A stretch of DNA of 64,000 bases, from the NCBI GenBank assembly GCA_963575745.1, contig CAUYUJ010000197.1:1-64000 (forward strand). Reading direction: 5' to 3'. Both the position numbers and the translations under genes were made by a program. The stretch comes from Prorocentrum cordatum (lineage: Eukaryota). Positions 46,536 to 58,703 of the stretch are shown piece by piece; position 1 is the first letter of the stretch; each line of letters starts with the position of its first letter. The notes beneath the pieces were generated by a model, which was not told the DNA's origin, ran no database searches, and saw nothing but the letters and a program-made list of their open reading frames with translations.

Positions 46536-49500
46536 GCTCGTCCGACCCGGACCCCCTCGGGTCACTGAACAATCATGACGGTGGGTTGCTCGCGCTTTTC
46601 TGCCTCCGGGGGCCCTCGCCGGGCCCCAGTACCGTTGAGGAAGGACTCAGTGTGAACACTAGAGATGGGAAAACGCCACAAACATAAATTTGTGGCGTTC
46701 CGCGCGGATTTCTTGGATCCGCGCTGGGTCCCCCCAGCGGCGCCTCTGGCGCCGCCCCTGGCGCGCGGAGCGCGCCAGGGAGGGGGGTCCAGCGCAGATC
46801 CGAGAAATCCGCGCGGCGCGCCAACAGTTGATGTTAATGCCGTTTTCAATTCTTCTTTTAGAAATGCCATTCCGGAGAATGTGTCGGGACTTCTGGGGGT
46901 CGGCGTCATACACAAGTCGTGGCGTCGGTGGCTTGGGGAGGAGGGCCCCCGTGGATTGGCCGTGCTCGCAGGCGACCTCTCGCCCCCCCCAACAAAAACC
47001 CGACTCGGCCACGACGAGTCGGGCGCCGCTCAGAGAAGGACTTGGCATCGCTCGGACGTGTGCGTGTTTCCTTCGTCGAGGACCATCGAGGAGCATCCTT
47101 GATCATTTGGCAAAAAAACACGCACGAAACCGAAAAAAAAACAGGGAATGGACGTCCGAGCGATGGCAGGAGGAGGGGGGGGGGGGCTCGGGGATATGCG
47201 CACCCCTGGGGGCCACTCTCGGGTGCATCCCTGTCACAGGTGGGCGCTCCCTGGCCGTGCCTCCCCGCGCATGGCCCCCAAACGTTTGGGGCCCGCTCGC
47301 GAGCCCCCACACGAGGTCGGAGGCGGGGGCTCCACGCGTCCCCTGGTTGTGTGGCGGAGGAGGTCGAGGGGGAGGAGGGGGAGGGGGAGGGAGGGAGGAG
47401 GAGGAGGAGGGAGGAGGAGGAGGAGGAGGAGGAGGAGGAGGAGGAGGAGGAGGAGGAGGAGGAGGAGGAGGAGGGGTAGGAGGGCGATGCCTCTTGCTCC
47501 GTCCCGGCGCGGGGCTTCCTCGGGCCGCGGCCTCCATGGGGGGGCCCGCTGCCCAGGCCTCCCTCGGGGGTCCGGGCCTCCCGGAGGAGGGGGGGGGGCC
47601 CGAGCAGAGGAGGGGTCGGAGAGGATCGCGCGCCGCAGCGCCGATGCCTCGACGATGCGGCTCGCTGTGGAGCCAGTGTTTCCCCACGCCGACGTCGTCG
47701 ACACATCGCCGATGCATCGCCGATGCATCGCCGATGCATCGGCGTGGCACTGGGGGGGCCATCGACGCTGGAGCCGTGGCGGAGCGCTCGCCCAGGGCGG
47801 AGTGGGCTTCTGTTTCCGTCCTGGCGCGCTCCTCCTTCTCACTTCGGCCTCCAGAGCGGCCAGCGTTTCGGGCTCCGGGCCGATCCAAAGAGTGGATCTG
47901 GGACGAGCAGCAGACTCTGGGAAAGGGGTCGGGACTTCTGCGGCCTGCGGACTGACGACAAGCACATTCCCTAGGACGTCTGGGAGCGAGGCTTTGGGAC
48001 GGTTTTTGCTGTTCTCGTTTTTCGGGGTCTTCTGAATGCCTCTGGCGCCTTCCACGGAGGCTTTCGGAAGCGGACGAGGGGACGGAGCCAGGAGGAGGAG
48101 GAGGAGGAGGAGGAGGAGGAGGAGGAGGAGGAGGAGGAGGAGGAGGGAGAGGAGGAGGAGAAGGAGGAGGAGGAGGAGGAGGAGGAGGAGGAGGGTTGTG
48201 CGGGCGAGGGGAGGTGGCCGCCGGAGGCCAACGAGGTGGACGTGGCCATCATGCTCAGCGAGGGGGCCGTGGCGAGGGCAGCCGCGGGAGGCCCCTTCAA
48301 GGTGGCGGGTGGCGGCCACGAAGCGTTCGTGCTCTGGGCGGTCCCCAGCGGGCCTCGTCTTGGGCATCGCGGGATCGACGCCTCGCCCTCGGGGCGAGGG
48401 GCGGCGCGGCCACGAGGCAGTCTTTGTGAGCGTTCCACAGCGGGTCTCGTCTTGGGCGTCGTGAAGTCGACGTGTCTCGCCCCCGCGGGGGGGCCGACGG
48501 GAGGGGCCGCATTTGAGCAGCCTCGGCGCGGAGGTTTGTGGAAGGCGCGGAAGGTGGGGCAGAGGCTGGAGGAAGTGCGCGAAAGGTGGAGTTTTCTTCG
48601 CCACCCGTTTGTGCCCCGCCCTCAGTCAGCGCCCGCCGATGGGCGGCCGGCTGTTGCGGCTTGTCGCTCCGGGGTCTGCACGGCTCTTCTGACAGGGCGC
48701 CGGTTTCGGTGGCAGCGTGCCCACGAGAGTGTTGTATTTCTGGCTCCCGAGGTTGTGGGCACCTACGTGCAGTCGCCTTTGAGATGGGGCGTTCACACAA
48801 AAAGAGGAAGTCAGAGGAGAAGCAGGTACCGATACACTGCCCTTCCGTCGTCTCCAACTTTTTGGGTGCCTCCTGGGAGGCCCTCGTCGACACTGCTGGA
48901 TTCGCTTCGAATTCTGAGTCAGGACGTTCCCTAGGAGAGGTCCAGGGAGCAATATCTTTCTGATTCCCCAGGAAGCGGTATTAGTAGCATCGCCGACCTG
49001 AAGGGCAAGGTCTTCGGGGTGTCGAGGATGCTGAGCGGCTCTCACCTGATGGCCTACGTCATGGCCCATGAGCGTGGCTGGGACTTGAGCAAGGATGCGC
49101 CCCTGAAGCTCTGCGGGACCCTCGATGGTGCTCGCGAGGCGATGGGCAAGGGAGAGATAGATGCGTGGTTGTGGGAGAAGTTCACAACCAAATTTCTGGT
49201 GGACAGCGGGGAGTGGGATATCGTGGGCGAAGTGCCCACTCCGTGGCCTTGTTTCCTGATAGTGGCCTCTGACCGTGCCATCGAGAGCCACGGGAGGGAG
49301 ATCCGCGCAATAGTCGAAGCCACCAGCCCCGTCTGCAAGGAATTTAAGGCGAACAGCGGGGGAACCACTTTCGCCTACGTGGCCAAGCACCACGCCTTGC
49401 AGGACGAGCAGGATATGATGTTCCAACAGGAGGAGGAGAAGGAGAAGGGCGGGTAGGAATAATGAGAAGGCGCATGAGGTGGGAGGATAACTAGGTGAGC

Positions 49501-50169
49501 GACGGGAAAAGAATTGGGTCAACCACGCCGGCATTCGCGCGTAAGCTTCCCGAGTATGGCCGCGCGTGAGCGCCCTCTTCTCCACGCGGTGTGCCATGTT
49601 GGCGGCCCGCGTAATTTGCTGCTTAAGGTCGCTATGGCACTGTGCGTCATACCCGTTTCTCTTCGTCGCTCAGGTGGGAAATGAAGGTTTCCAGATTTTG
49701 ACGAGTACTGTTGGGATCTGGAGGGTTCTGGAAGGTGGATACAACTGGATGTGACATGGCGAGGAAACGGAGAAGGATGAGGCCAATTATGATAGACAAC
49801 CTCGAGATAATGATGATGTGGCGATGGGCGAATCGGATGATAATGATATGGATGAGGAGGACGCCAGATAGAGGTGAAGAGGAAAAATATGAACATGTGG
49901 AAAAGGAACGGGAGGGCGAGGAGGTGGAGGATACGGAGAAAGCGGGGGGAAGGATGAGAAGGATGTAGAGGGCGTGCGTTTCATGCTCGTCGATCGTGGT
50001 TGCATCGGCTTCCAAAGAGGAGAAGCGTGTGACAATGGGGGAGGAAGAGGAGGCTTTGGGTCCTTGCAACATGACCTCGGAGGATCTGAACACGCACGCA
50101 CAAACACACGTAACAACACCCACACACACAGTTTCAGCCCTGGCCTGCCGAGGGGATGCGGTCGGAGAA

Positions 50170-50202
<33 letters not shown>

Positions 50203-51928
50203 GAGAGGGCCCATGGTGGCTGGGCTAGCCATTTGGGGGTCAGCCACAATGAGTGGCTGGCCATTCGCCCCTGGGGGGGGAGGGTTGTGCCAGTCATTAC
50301 GAGCCGGTGGTGCTGTCGCTCCCCCCCCACCCGCCCTGCCCTGCCCTCAGCAGCCCCATCGATCATGGATGATGGGAGTGAGAAGCCAGCCACTGGAAAG
50401 CCCAACGGCAAGCTTGGGAACCACCGAGGAAGAGCGGGATGCGGCAAACATGTGAGGCACAAGACGCCAAGTCGGCACAAGAGGAGCAGAGGCAAGAAGA
50501 GGGGGGGGGGAGGCGGAGCATGAGCGGAGTAGGCAGCAGGAGACCCAGTGGAGCGGAGCAGGATTGGTCTACGAGCCTCGCGGCGGCAACGGATATCCTG
50601 GGCGATAGCTTCGCAGCGCCATCTCTGCAGCCTCCGCGTCCCAAAGGGCCCTCGTCGAAGCGTGGGTGCTCTGTGCACTCCAGTCCGCAGTGGACTCTCT
50701 GCCAGCCACGGTCACGCTGTCGATGAAGATTTGCTCGCTTCTGCGTCCCATTGGCGGGCAGGCTTTGGACCGCGCCGCTTCGCACCGCCTCGGGAAGCAA
50801 GCCAGGAACCCAGGTTTCCGACGTCGTGATGTGCTCAGTTGCGGGGTCGCTGGAGGTGCCGCCCCCGCCCCCTTGGCTGGTTTCTCATCTTTGGTAGTTT
50901 GCGTGTCTCTCGGCGGCCATGCCGCAACCACTTAACTTAGTTGTGTCGTTTAAGAGTTTCTGGTGTGCGATTCTCGCCCAGTTTCCAATTTCCTCGCGCC
51001 CGGATTCGGCGCTTCGCTTTTACAGGGTATTTACTTGCATGTCTTGCTGTGCACTGTAATTCGGGGTGTGTAGGTTTGCGTAGAGGTTCAAGGGGCTTAG
51101 CATTGTACCTTAGCTTGGTCACCATCCACGGAACCGACTGGCTTATACCATCCGTCTTATTCGTGATGGCGTTTGCATTTTCTTCCCTGTGCTACTGTTC
51201 CTGCACCGGCTCGGTCACACATGCATTTGCCTCGCTGTGCGAGCCAAAGGCTTTCGCATCGGGCTTGTCAGGCTGTGTGAGGCTGCGTGTGATTGGCAGT
51301 CGAAATGGGGAGACGAAGTGCTCTGCGGGGGAACAGAAGTTTGTTGATGGTCCTGGAGGACAAGTGTGGCTTCCCAGGGCCGAACAGTTGCGAATCTCCC
51401 CGCCCTGTCTTTCATTCGTGACGCACGCTGGAGACCTGGGGAGGGGCTCGGTGGGACACCAGTCCCTGCCTGAGGGTGTTGCCGCTCGCAGGTTTCTCTC
51501 GGCGACAGCGGCTCCGAGAGGCCCAGCAACAAAGAAACCCAAACATGCCCAAGGCCAAGGAAGGCGATGGCAGTGCCGTCGACGATGGCGGCGGCGACGA
51601 GGACGCTGCGGAATGGCTGAACGGCACCGAGTGGGCGTGCTCTCTCGAGGTGAACGAGGCGACGCTGCGCAAAACGCAGGCGGCCCTAGTCACCATAGGG
51701 CAGCTGGACCCCAGAGGAACAACGTACCTATACCCGTGCCGTTCCCTCGCCGTTGTCTTTGTGGGCCTCCGAAGGGCCTTTGTCGCCACGGTCAGATTGG
51801 TTTCGGATTCCTGCGGAGAGTTTACCTCGGGAGAGGTCAGGGGAGCAGCAGTATAGGTATGTCCGCAGGACCACACCGTTCCCTTCGAGAAGCTGTACGC
51901 CGCTTCCATGTGTAAGCTCGTCGCATGA
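46449..51928 (+). CDS. Spliced NMT1/THI5-like (Ca3427-type PBP2) substrate-binding-fold protein; first exon not found
   Basis: Exons 46449-46535, 48227-48301, 48752-48806, 48972-49411, 51602-51706 and 51869-51928 join in phase to ~273 aa. Family motifs include VPQGTGAM, EVDVAIMLSEG, VVGTYVQSPLRWGVH, FGVSRMLSGSHLMAYV, DAWLWEKFTTK, GEVPTPWPCF and DAAEWL. Confidence 0.9.
46700..46816. mobile_element. MITE family B (28-bp TIR, 2 mismatches)
   Basis: CCGCGCGGATTTCTTGGATCCGCGCTGG ... CCAGCGCAGATCCGAGAAATCCGCGCGG, with the internal hairpin CCTGGCGCGC-GGA-GCGCGCCAGG. Confidence 0.85.
47046..47165. mobile_element. MITE family C copy (intronic)
   Basis: Same TIRs and body as 45048-45170. Confidence 0.85.
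48227..48301 (+). CDS. Ca3427-like exon (ANEVDVAIMLSEGAVARAAAGGPFK)
   Basis: gag|GCC...AAG|gt; 75 nt. Confidence 0.88.
48752..48806 (+). CDS. Ca3427-like exon (VVGTYVQSPLRWGVHTKR-G)
   Basis: gag|GTT...AGA G|ga; GA donor. Confidence 0.88.
48972..49411 (+). CDS. Ca3427-like long exon (SGISSIADLKGKVFGVSR...HHALQDEQ)
   Basis: cag|GA AGC...; corresponds to ORF 49019-49456. The GA donor follows either 49411 or 49402. Confidence 0.92.
51602..51706 (+). CDS. Ca3427-like exon (DAAEWLNGTEWACSLEVNEATLRKTQAALVTIGQL)
   Basis: gag|GAC...CTG|ga; 105 nt. Confidence 0.82.
51869..51928 (+). CDS. Ca3427-like last exon (DHTVPFEKLYAASMCKLVA*)
   Basis: cag|GAC...TGA; GGACC is shared with the upstream donor. 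Confidence 0.65.
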   Translation, partial: DHTVPFEKLYAASMCKLVA

Positions 51929-52785
51929 GTGCCAGTCGGAGGTTGCCAGAGGTGATCCTGCCCCAAAGTGTCTCAGGCCTTCCTGCGGCGATTTGGGCCT
52001 CCTGTGGTCCTCTGGGCCTTGGAAGCAGTGCCATCTGCGCCGCTCTGGAAGAGCTTGACTTACATTGGTCCAGGGACACCTCTGGTGACCTCCAGGGGGA
52101 AGTGGACCGCGGGGAAGTGAGTGTGCGGTCTCTCCCATACGGCTGGCAGCCGACGCACTCGGCTGTTCGGGCAGACGTCTATGAGAAAAATTCGTGGGCG
52201 CTCGCGCACACGAGCATCGCACATATCCTATGGTCCATAACAGTGTGAACGCGTATCGCACATGGCTGTCGTCCACAGCTCCACGTGTGCACTCCAACTG
52301 TGAAGTGGGAGAAATTGGAAAGCAGACAGCATCCGTTGCCCCCCTTTTGGTCGGAAGAGGGGAAAGCGACCCCACAAGGAGGGGGCACCTGCAGCCCTGC
52401 AGCAAGGAGATGCCCCCCACAAGCGGGACACCAGAGATGCCTCGAGCAGGGCATGAGTTGGGGACCACCCCGCCCAGCTCCTCGCGCTGGTGGCGGTGGT
52501 GCCGCTTTCCCCTGCTCGAGCGTGTCAGTGGTAATTAGCCATCCAACGGACGGCCACTTTGTGGTGAACATGGGCGTTGTACTTCGTTCGCAAATCATGG
52601 GGGCCTTGCATTCCTACGCAACGCCGTCTTTCGAGTGCACTGACGTCGACGAGCGTCTGGTAATCGAATGGATAGCGCCGACTTGCGTCCATCATCGTCG
52701 ACTGCCGTCGATCGGCTTCGGCGCCGGCGCCGCGGCCCACTTCTAAGCTCGTCGAGGGCACCCGCCCACCTGGCCCAACGACATA

Positions 52786-52961
52786 CCGTCGGGGCGTTGA
52801 CCTAAGGAACCCTAAATAAGGAACGAGGCATCTTTTTTCCATAAGTTAATCTTCGATTTCCCGTCGAAAACATAAGGAAAGCCTGAGGCAAGCTGCGAAA
52901 CACTTAAGGAACGCGGAGCCCCTCCCCAACGAAAAGGGTTCCTTCTTCAGGGCCCCGACTG
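52786..52961. mobile_element. MITE family A copy
   Basis: TA|CCGTCGGGGC..TAAGGAACC...GGTTCCTTCTTCAGGGCCCCGACTG|TA; collinear with 1730-1905. Confidence 0.75.
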
Positions 52962-53303
52962 TAGTGCAAAGGCGCCGAGCGCGCCACCTGTCTGTGTCGA
53001 CGACGCCTCGGCAGCACATTGGCGACGCATCGGCCACTCGAGGTCGACGCATCCCACCCATACGCTTAGTTTGTAGTAGCAAGCAACGACATAAAAGCGT
53101 AAGCTTTCGGAGGACCAGGTGGATTGACTGGGTGCGTGCTGGACACCCCCTCCTCGGCGCTCCAGGGCGGAGCCGAAGGCGCCGCCAAGGCGCTCCAGCG
53201 CCGATCCGAGAAATCTGCACGGACTCCCGCAAGTTCATAACTTATGTCATTGTTTGTGCCTCGATGGCCCCGGGCCATCGCTGCCCCTCAACACAGCCTA
53301 TAG

Positions 53304-53425
53304 CATCGCTCGGACGTGTGCATTTTTCCTTCGGCGAGGACCATCGAGGAGCATCCTGGATCATTTCGCGAAAAACCCACGCACGAAACCGAAAAAAAGC
53401 ACAGGGAATGGACGTCCGAGCGATG
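53304..53425. mobile_element. MITE family C copy
   Basis: Same TIRs and body as 45048-45170. Confidence 0.85.
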
Positions 53426-54724
53426 GCCAGACAGGGCGCGCTGAGCGTGCCTGGTGCTGCCGGCGCTCCAGCTCCGCACCGGGCGTGCCGGGTGCAACGC
53501 TCGTGCCGCGTGCTCCGGGCGCTGCGGGCGTGCCGCGTGCGGCGTGCGGCGTGCGCGCCGCGCGCGCGCGGAGGGCGGCCCGCGCCTGCCTCGGGCAGTG
53601 CGCAGAGTCCCCTGCCATCCCAGACGAATTTCCCCCGGTGAAGTCATGGCGCGGCATTGGTTCTGGTCTGAGTGCGCGTGTGCGTCCTCGCTCGCTTGGC
53701 ACCGGATTCTGACAGGAGCGATGGGCTACCACACACGCATGATAAGCCCGCTGATGCATCTGCCGAACACCGTGCTGTGCGATGAAGAGGTGCCCGCACA
53801 GGGTTAACATATTGTGAGCCCACTCCCTTGCCCATTGCTTGGTTCATTGCGCACGCAGACACCGCGGCGCAAGCGGCACTAGCGAAAGTGATACTGGCGC
53901 GAGATTTGCCGCCACGTGCACAGAGTCTTTTGTCAGGGATGGCCGGAGGGGGCCCACATGGTGATTCGGGCAGGCGGCTGCTTCAAGTGGAGGAGGGGGG
54001 GGTTCTACGGTCGGACCGCGGTATACGATTGAGGTCTGTTCGGGGATGGTATCCTGATGTTCTTCGTGTGTGTTCGGATGGTCTTTTGCACCCTGGGTAG
54101 GGTGCCCTCGGATGCTCTGTGTGTTCTGGGCGGCGGAAGGTATCGTGTTCTTGAGGGATGCTCTTCTGTCCTATGCTCGACTGTACTCATTATCCAGTGG
54201 CAGGTGTAGAAGGATGCTGGAGGAGGAAGGGTCAGGGGCAAGGGGCAGTCGAGGCGCACGTCGGGCGAGGGGCAAGAGGAGGACTGTTGGGCAGGATCAC
54301 CTGAATAGTCTGCTCTCCAAACATGGCACCGCCGTCTCGTCAGCGAGACACCTCCGCGAGGCCTCAGACGAGGCCTCCTCCCCTCATCCGTCCCTTCTCC
54401 CCCCTTTGTTCCTGCTCCATCTCCTTTCCCTTCTCCTCTTCCCTCCCTCCTCATCCGCCGTCCCCTCCTCGTGCGCATGTCTTCTCTCCAGCTCTTCAAT
54501 GGCGAGGGGCGCGCGCGTGACATATTCGAGAAGGCGCCATAGCCACCCTTCTTAGTGCGGCCATGGCATAGCCGTCCTGTCTCTCCCGAATCGTAGTTCC
54601 TCCACCCGTCTCCCACAGCTGCTGCTTCTTCTGGTGTCGTCCCTGATCCTGTTGTCGTCGTGCCTCCTCCCGCTTCTCAGCAGCGCGTGTTGTTTTCTTG
54701 GCTCGCGGCCAGCTTTCTTCGACG

Positions 54725-54844
54725 CTCCCTCGGACGTGTGCATTTTTCCTTCGGCGAGGGCCATCGAGGAGCATCCTTGATCATTTGGCGAAGAAACCAC
54801 GCACGAAACCGAAAAAAACACAGGGAATGGACGTCCGAGCGATG
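54725..54844. mobile_element. MITE family C copy (left TIR degenerate)
   Basis: Body and right TIR are conserved. Confidence 0.8.
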
Positions 54845-56829
54845 GCGAGGTGCTGCTCACAGTGGAAGAAGCACCAAGCCCCCCCCCCCCGCGGAACCCG
54901 ACGCGGAGGAAGCGTGGCGCGCGCTTCCTGCCTGACTCCTCCCTCCTCCCTCCTCCCTCCTCCCTCCTCCCTCCTCCCTCCCTCCCTCCTCCCTCCTCCC
55001 TCCTCCCTCCTCCCTCCTCCCTCCTCCCCCCTCCCTCCTCCCTCCTCCCTCCTCCCCCCTCCCTCCTCCCGCCTCCCTCCTCCCTCCTCTCTCCTCCCTC
55101 CTCCCTCCCGTCCTCCTGAATGTATGAGTCTACGCCGTGGCTCGCCTCGCCGTCCGATGTCGGGGTATAGCCCTCTTGAAGGGCAGCGGATGGTCTCCCT
55201 TTGGTTGCTTTCTCTCGTTCTTCCTCTCCTGGATCGTCCTTTCCTCCCTTGTCCGCCCTCGCCTTGCTGGCCAGTGTCGCTCCTCCTCCTCCTGCACGCG
55301 CATCCCGCCGCGCCGGTCGCCGTGGAGCGCGGCGCTGGCCGTGGCGCCGCCCAGAGGGGGAAGCAGGCGCTCTTCCGCTGCGCCGGGAGGCTCGGCTCCC
55401 GCCCCCTCGGGTGCCTCGGGGGCCGCCGGGCGGCGCCCAGCGGAGGCGCGTTTGCCCCTCGAGGTTGCAAGGCATGGAAGCGTCGCTGCTCGTGCCCCCC
55501 CCCTCACCCTCGCGGCCCCCGTCCCTCTGCCTCCGCCTCGTCCTCCCCGCTCCCTGGGAGGAGGGGCGCAGGCGCTTCCGACATCATCTTCCCGCCAAGC
55601 TCCAAAGAGGGTGGCCTGCCTTTTTCTGCGCTCGTTCTGCCTGTCTGCCTGTTCGTCTCGCTCTCTCTCTTTCTCTCTCTCTCTCTCTATCCTGCCGTCT
55701 CTCTTTTTCTCTCTGGGGGTGTGTTGTGAACTGCTTATCCCCAACATCCGGGGGGGCGTATGTAGGGGAGGACGGGGGAGGAAGGCTGAGGGGGGGAAGT
55801 GAGACGGGATGGAAGTGAGTAGAAGGGGGAGAAGGCGGAGAAAGGGAGATAAGAATGGGTAGCGGCAGGAGGAGGGAAGGGAGGACCGTCTGGAGGATGA
55901 AGATGCGGAAGAGGAGGAGGAGGAGGAGGAGGAGGAGGAGGAGGAGGAGGAGGAGCAGCAGCAGGAGGAGGAGGAGGAGGAGTGGGAAGATGCGGGTTTT
56001 GGAGGAGGAGGAGGAGGAGGAGGGGGAGGTTTGGGATTATTTGGGGCAGGAGAACGCGGATATGGAGAAAGAGGAGGATCAGGAGGAAGTGCCGGTGTGG
56101 GACGGAGAGGGATGGGGGGTGCGGAACGGGGAGGATGAGGGGGGCGCATGGGGAGCATTAGGCTGTGAGGGAGGAGGTCGGATCAGGGGGTGCAGCGGGT
56201 GGCGACGATCAGAAGGGGGAGGGGAGGGGAGGTGGAGCAAGCGCACTGGGAGGGTGGCGTGGCCGTGGCGAGGGTGGGGGGGATGGCCACGACCAGAAGG
56301 GTGAGGATCAGGAGGAGGATGGCGAGGGGGAGGGGGTCGAGGAGCGGGCGGAGGAAGGGGACGCGGAGGAGGAGGAGGACATGTTGTGTCTGTTGTGGAT
56401 GCGTTTGCGGACGGCTGCGAGGCGGCGCGCGCAGGCCCTTGGGAAAGCAGGCCGGAGGATGCCTCGGAGACTGATGACCTGCTACAGTCAACGCGCCTAG
56501 TGAGGACGCCGCGCCTTCATCTAGGGTACCCTTGTGTCCATGCCTCTGAGGCACGTCCTTGCCATTATCACTGGTCGCCCGCCGCCCACAAAATCCCAAC
56601 TTCGGCCTCCAAGGGTCTTGCGTCCTTACCATCCGTCCTTAATACACGTTTTGACTGTAGTCCTGCAGCGCCGTGACGAAAGGCCACGCCGGCTGAGGAG
56701 AGCCAGGTAGACGCCTCGAGCTGTATTACCTATATACGACCACGCCTCGGGTGGTAGGGAGGTTTAGGGGGGAGCGGAGCACCCACTGACCACAGCTGCG
56801 ATGACCTGTGCTGGCGATGGGATAGCGCC

Positions 56830-58690
56830 ATCGATCCCACGAATTTCACAATCGATCTCACCATCGATCTCTCCATCGCTCTCGGTATCGATCGCACTAT
56901 CGATCTCCCGATCGACTTCACGGTCGATCTCACCATGGATCTCATCAGAGTTCTCACTACCGACCTCCCAAGAAATCTCACGAGCCACCATCGTGACACC
57001 ACGATGGGGCACCCCCAGCCACGGCGGGGCACCCACAGCCACAGATATGTTGTGATCGATATCGTTATCGATCTCACTCTCGATCTCGATAGCATTACCT
57101 ATACGATCACCCTGCGGGTGATAAGGAGGTTGGGGGAGGAGGGGGGCCAGCAATGGGCAACAGTGGTGATTGTTGCGTTGCCGCTCGCTCTTGGGAGCCT
57201 TGGTGTCGAGTTGTTTACGTCATCATTCGCTCTTGGGCGCCTTGGTATTATTCTCCCCCCCCTGGGAACCAACGAAATCCCTGGATGGTAAGAGAGTTGA
57301 GGGGGGGAGGACCCAACGTCTCACTCAATCGATCTCACAATGGACCCCACTATCGCTTTCACAATCGATCTCACTCGATCGATCACACTATCGATCTCAC
57401 TCGATCGATTTCACTATCGATCTCACTATCGATCCCACTCAATCGATGTCACTATCGACCTCTCTATCGATCTCACAAGCGATGTCGTTATCGATCTCAC
57501 GATCGATCTCACCATCGATCTCACTATCGATCTCTCTATCGATGGGACCATTAATCCCACTATCGATCTCACTCGATCGATCTCACAATCGATCTCACTC
57601 GATCGATTTCACTGTCGATCTCACTCTGGATCTCGCTATCGATCCCACTAACGATCTCCCTATCGATATCACTCGACCTCACAATCGATATCACTATCGA
57701 TCTCACTATCGATCTCACTATCGATCTCACGATCGATCTCACTATCGGTCTCACGATCGATCTCACTATCGATCTCACAATCGATTTCGTCATCGGTCTC
57801 ACTATCGTTTTCGCACCAGCGGGACACCGGGACACCGGCGGGACACCGGCGGGACACCGCGCGCCACCGCTTGCCAGAGGGAGAATCATTTGGTCCGGCT
57901 GGGGCCCAGCCACAAGCGGGACACCGGCGGGACACCGGCGGGACACCGCGCGCCACCGCTTGCCGGAGGGGGATTCATTTGGTCTGGCCGCTCCTCAGCC
58001 GCAGGAGACTTTCCTTTCGCCCGCCCACGCAGCTTCGCCTTGCCCGCACGCACGGCACGTACGAACACGAAACCGAAACCGATTTCCCGGTGGGGGGCTC
58101 TCCGTTCCACTTCGATCTCACCCCCCAACCCCCGGTGGATCTCGCGATCGATCCCACTATTGACCTCACGATCGATCTCTCGATCTCACGATCAAGATCG
58201 ATCACGCAATCGATCCCAGTATGGATCTCGCGATCGATCTCAAAACTGATCTCACGAGCTGCCATCGAGACACTACGGCGGGACACCTCGAGCCACCGTC
58301 GGGACACCCCGCGCCTCCGACGGGGCACCCCCGCACCACCGACGGGGCAACCCGGGATCGATCTCACGATCACGATCGATCGCGCAATCGATTTCACTAT
58401 GGATCTCAAGATCGATCTCACAGTTGATCCCACGAGCTACCATCGAGACACCACGGCGGGACATCCAGAGCCACCGTCGGGACACCCCGCGCCTCCGACG
58501 GGGCACCCCGCGCCACCAACGGGGCACCCCCGCGCCACCGACGGGGCAACCCGGGATCGATCTCACGATCACGATCGATCAGGCAATCGATTCCACTATG
58601 GATCTCACGATCGATCTGACAGCAGATCTCACGAGCTACCATCGAGACACCACGGCGGGACACCCGGAGCCACCGTCGGGACACCCTGCG
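56830..58690. repeat. Modular minisatellite: ~12-bp (TATCGATCTCAC)n blocks alternating with GGGACACC/GGGGCACCCC blocks
   Basis: Direct reading; the densest array is at 57320-57810. Confidence 0.9.
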
Positions 58691-58703
58691 CAGCCGCGCC
58701 TGT

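Noticed and set aside
50225..50243. Weak SL-like strings (TAGCCATTTGGGGG here; AGCCATTTGGC ~19296; CCATTTTGGC ~36907 and within the 88-bp satellite)
   Set aside because: They are too short or too diverged, and none is followed by a convincing ORF.
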